A DNA stretch of 64,000 nt from Waterburya sp. (GTDB taxonomy: Bacteria; Cyanobacteriota; Cyanobacteriia; Cyanobacteriales; Xenococcaceae): assembly GCA_965217895.1 (NCBI GenBank), contig CBDCJV010000002.1, forward strand, positions 5,088,001 through 5,152,000. The letters run 5' to 3'. Position 1 is the first letter of the stretch, and each line of letters opens with the position of its first letter. The notes beneath the pieces were generated by a model. It was not told the DNA's origin. It did not search any database and worked only from the letters and a program-made list of their open reading frames with translations. The position numbers were made by a program, and so were the translations under genes. Below, piece by piece: positions 62,445-64,000 of the stretch.

Positions 62445-64000
62445 TGGAAATAAATTGGTCTAGAGATTATCAGCATGAATTTATTTGTCCTCATTGCGAT
62501 ATTCAAGGTTTACGTTTAGCTGGCAAAGACAATTATACAAATAGGAAACTATTTAGATGCTCCAAATGTAGAAAAAGAATTTCTCAGTGTGTAAATATAA
62601 AATTTCCTAATAGTAATACTGGTATTAATTGGAACAAAGATTATAAAATAGGAGAGTTTGCTTGCCCCAATAAAGAATGTAATTCAAGGGATATCAGGCT
62701 TGCTAGCCAATCTAAAAAAAAGCAGCGTTTTACGTGTAATATTTGTGGAACTAAAACTAGAGAATCAATAGATCTTACGGAAAGCAATTTAGGTCAATAT
62801 GCTCATAAAAGACCAGTTAAGCCATTTTCTTTTCAAGACGATAAATGGGATATTAGGGCAATTAAATCACCAGCAAATAAACAAGAGAAGATTCTAATTG
62901 CTAACTTTCATACTGTAAAAACAAACTGGTTTAGAAATTTAACCAAGCACTACACATACCACCTCTGTAAGCTCAATAAACCTATAGGTGCAATTGAGTA
63001 TCATTTGATTAATCTTCGTATTTTTTCTCGGTATTTAGTAGAGAAAAATATAACTAATATAAATTTAATTAGCCGAAGTTTAATTCTTGATTTTCTCGCT
63101 TGGGATAATACGGGTGTAGACGCTACCAGAAAAAGACTCTCGACACTTAGAGATTTCTTCTGGACTGGTAATGTGCAGAATTGGTTTGTACTTGACCCAG
63201 ATCTTGTAAGAGATAATGATTATCCTAAAGCGAAGGTAAGCAATCCTGACCCAATACCAGATAGCGTTCGAGAACAGATTGAAAGCAATTTACATAAGCT
63301 ACCAGAGCCTATTGCTAGAATGTGGATTATTGCTTTTTTCACAGCAATGCGACCTGGAGAACTAGCTTTATTAAAGAAAGGCTGTTTGGTACAAGAGGGT
63401 AGCCACTGGAGCATTACTTGGCAACGTGGAAAAAACCGAGATTTTCACACAGTTCCAATTACAAGAATCATTGCCAAAGTAGTTCAAGAACAGCAGGATT
63501 ACATAGAGCAATTATGGGGAACTGAATGGGATTACTTGTTTTGTCATTATCAGCGACCTTCAAGCACAAGGCAATATAGCAATATAGATCCTGTTCAAAA
63601 AGTAATACCGAAAAATAATAGCCTGTTTTATGGAGCGATTGAATATCTAATCGAAACAGAAGATATTCGGGATGATAATGGTAAGTTAGCGACATTTAGT
63701 CCACATTTAATTAGGCATACACGCCTAACTCAATTATTTGAGCAAGGACACGACTTGTCAGTAGTTAGTGCATGGGCTGGACACAAAAGATTGGCAACAA
63801 CGAGTAATTTTTACACTCAAGTTAGTTGTGAACTAATTGAAAAAGAAGCAGGTCATATTCAAAAAGCTCTGTTTAATGCAGATGGTCAATACCATCAATA
63901 TGAATCATTACCTAAATCCTTCTGGAAAGATCCTCAAGCTCATAAATTAGATCTTCCTGGCGACCATATTAACACACCTATTTATGGCTACTGTGGGCTA
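62441..64000 (+). CDS. Tyrosine recombinase, TnpB-like, with two N-terminal zinc-ribbon repeats (partial, absent from the ORF track)
   Basis: Manual translation is open to the window end: CPHC/CSKC and CPNKEC/CNIC; AMRPGEL, SPHLIRH, WAGH, SNFY, YGYCGL. Confidence 0.88.
   Translation, partial: MMEINWSRDYQHEFICPHCDIQGLRLAGKDNYTNRKLFRCSKCRKRISQCVNIKFPNSNTGINWNKDYKIGEFACPNKECNSRDIRLASQSKKKQRFTCNICGTKTRESIDLTESNLGQYAHKRPVKPFSFQDDKWDIRAIKSPANKQEKILIANFHTVKTNWFRNLTKHYTYHLCKLNKPIGAIEYHLINLRIFSRYLVEKNITNINLISRSLILDFLAWDNTGVDATRKRLSTLRDFFWTGNVQNWFVLDPDLVRDNDYPKAKVSNPDPIPDSVREQIESNLHKLPEPIARMWIIAFFTAMRPGELALLKKGCLVQEGSHWSITWQRGKNRDFHTVPITRIIAKVVQEQQDYIEQLWGTEWDYLFCHYQRPSSTRQYSNIDPVQKVIPKNNSLFYGAIEYLIETEDIRDDNGKLATFSPHLIRHTRLTQLFEQGHDLSVVSAWAGHKRLATTSNFYTQVSCELIEKEAGHIQKALFNADGQYHQYESLPKSFWKDPQAHKLDLPGDHINTPIYGYCGL

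Larger units (their letters stand above)
59751..64000 (+). mobile_element. Tn554-like / recombinase-trio element (extends past the window)
   Basis: Three ATGA-coupled tyrosine recombinase genes starting right after the break in the four-helix-bundle gene; no HIP1 sites seen in 4.2 kb. Confidence 0.8.

Overview
A 64-kb AT-rich cyanobacterial chromosome segment. The HIP1 octamer GCGATCGC is abundant, and ndhL, the tocopherol genes and a Yfr2 sRNA are present; a Pleurocapsales-like origin is an inference. Bases 1-38.8 kb are mostly core genes: histidine kinase, Ser/Thr kinase, ABC exporter, hpt and tocopherol cyclase, prlC, nadD-nrtR, an Anbu/ATP-grasp/alpha-E/transglutaminase operon interrupted by a toxin-immunity-like gene pair, coaBC, pilD, ndhL, trpA and htrA. 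These are peppered with MITEs and very small hairpin insertions. Bases ~39.1-57 kb are an accessory region. It holds a Tn3-family transposase with only its right inverted repeat, inserted into a group II intron, with a dif-like tyrosine-recombinase site at its left edge. It also holds a TetR/RND efflux/glutaredoxin-AhpD fusion/FAD monooxygenase/TetR cluster, a decayed IS701 and a Crp regulator. After an lptD-like gene, a four-helix-bundle gene is cut by a Tn554-like element with three tyrosine recombinases. The third carries tandem zinc ribbons and runs off the window end. No CRISPR array, tRNA or rRNA was seen. All calls are from reading the sequence and recalled family motifs; no database searches were run.
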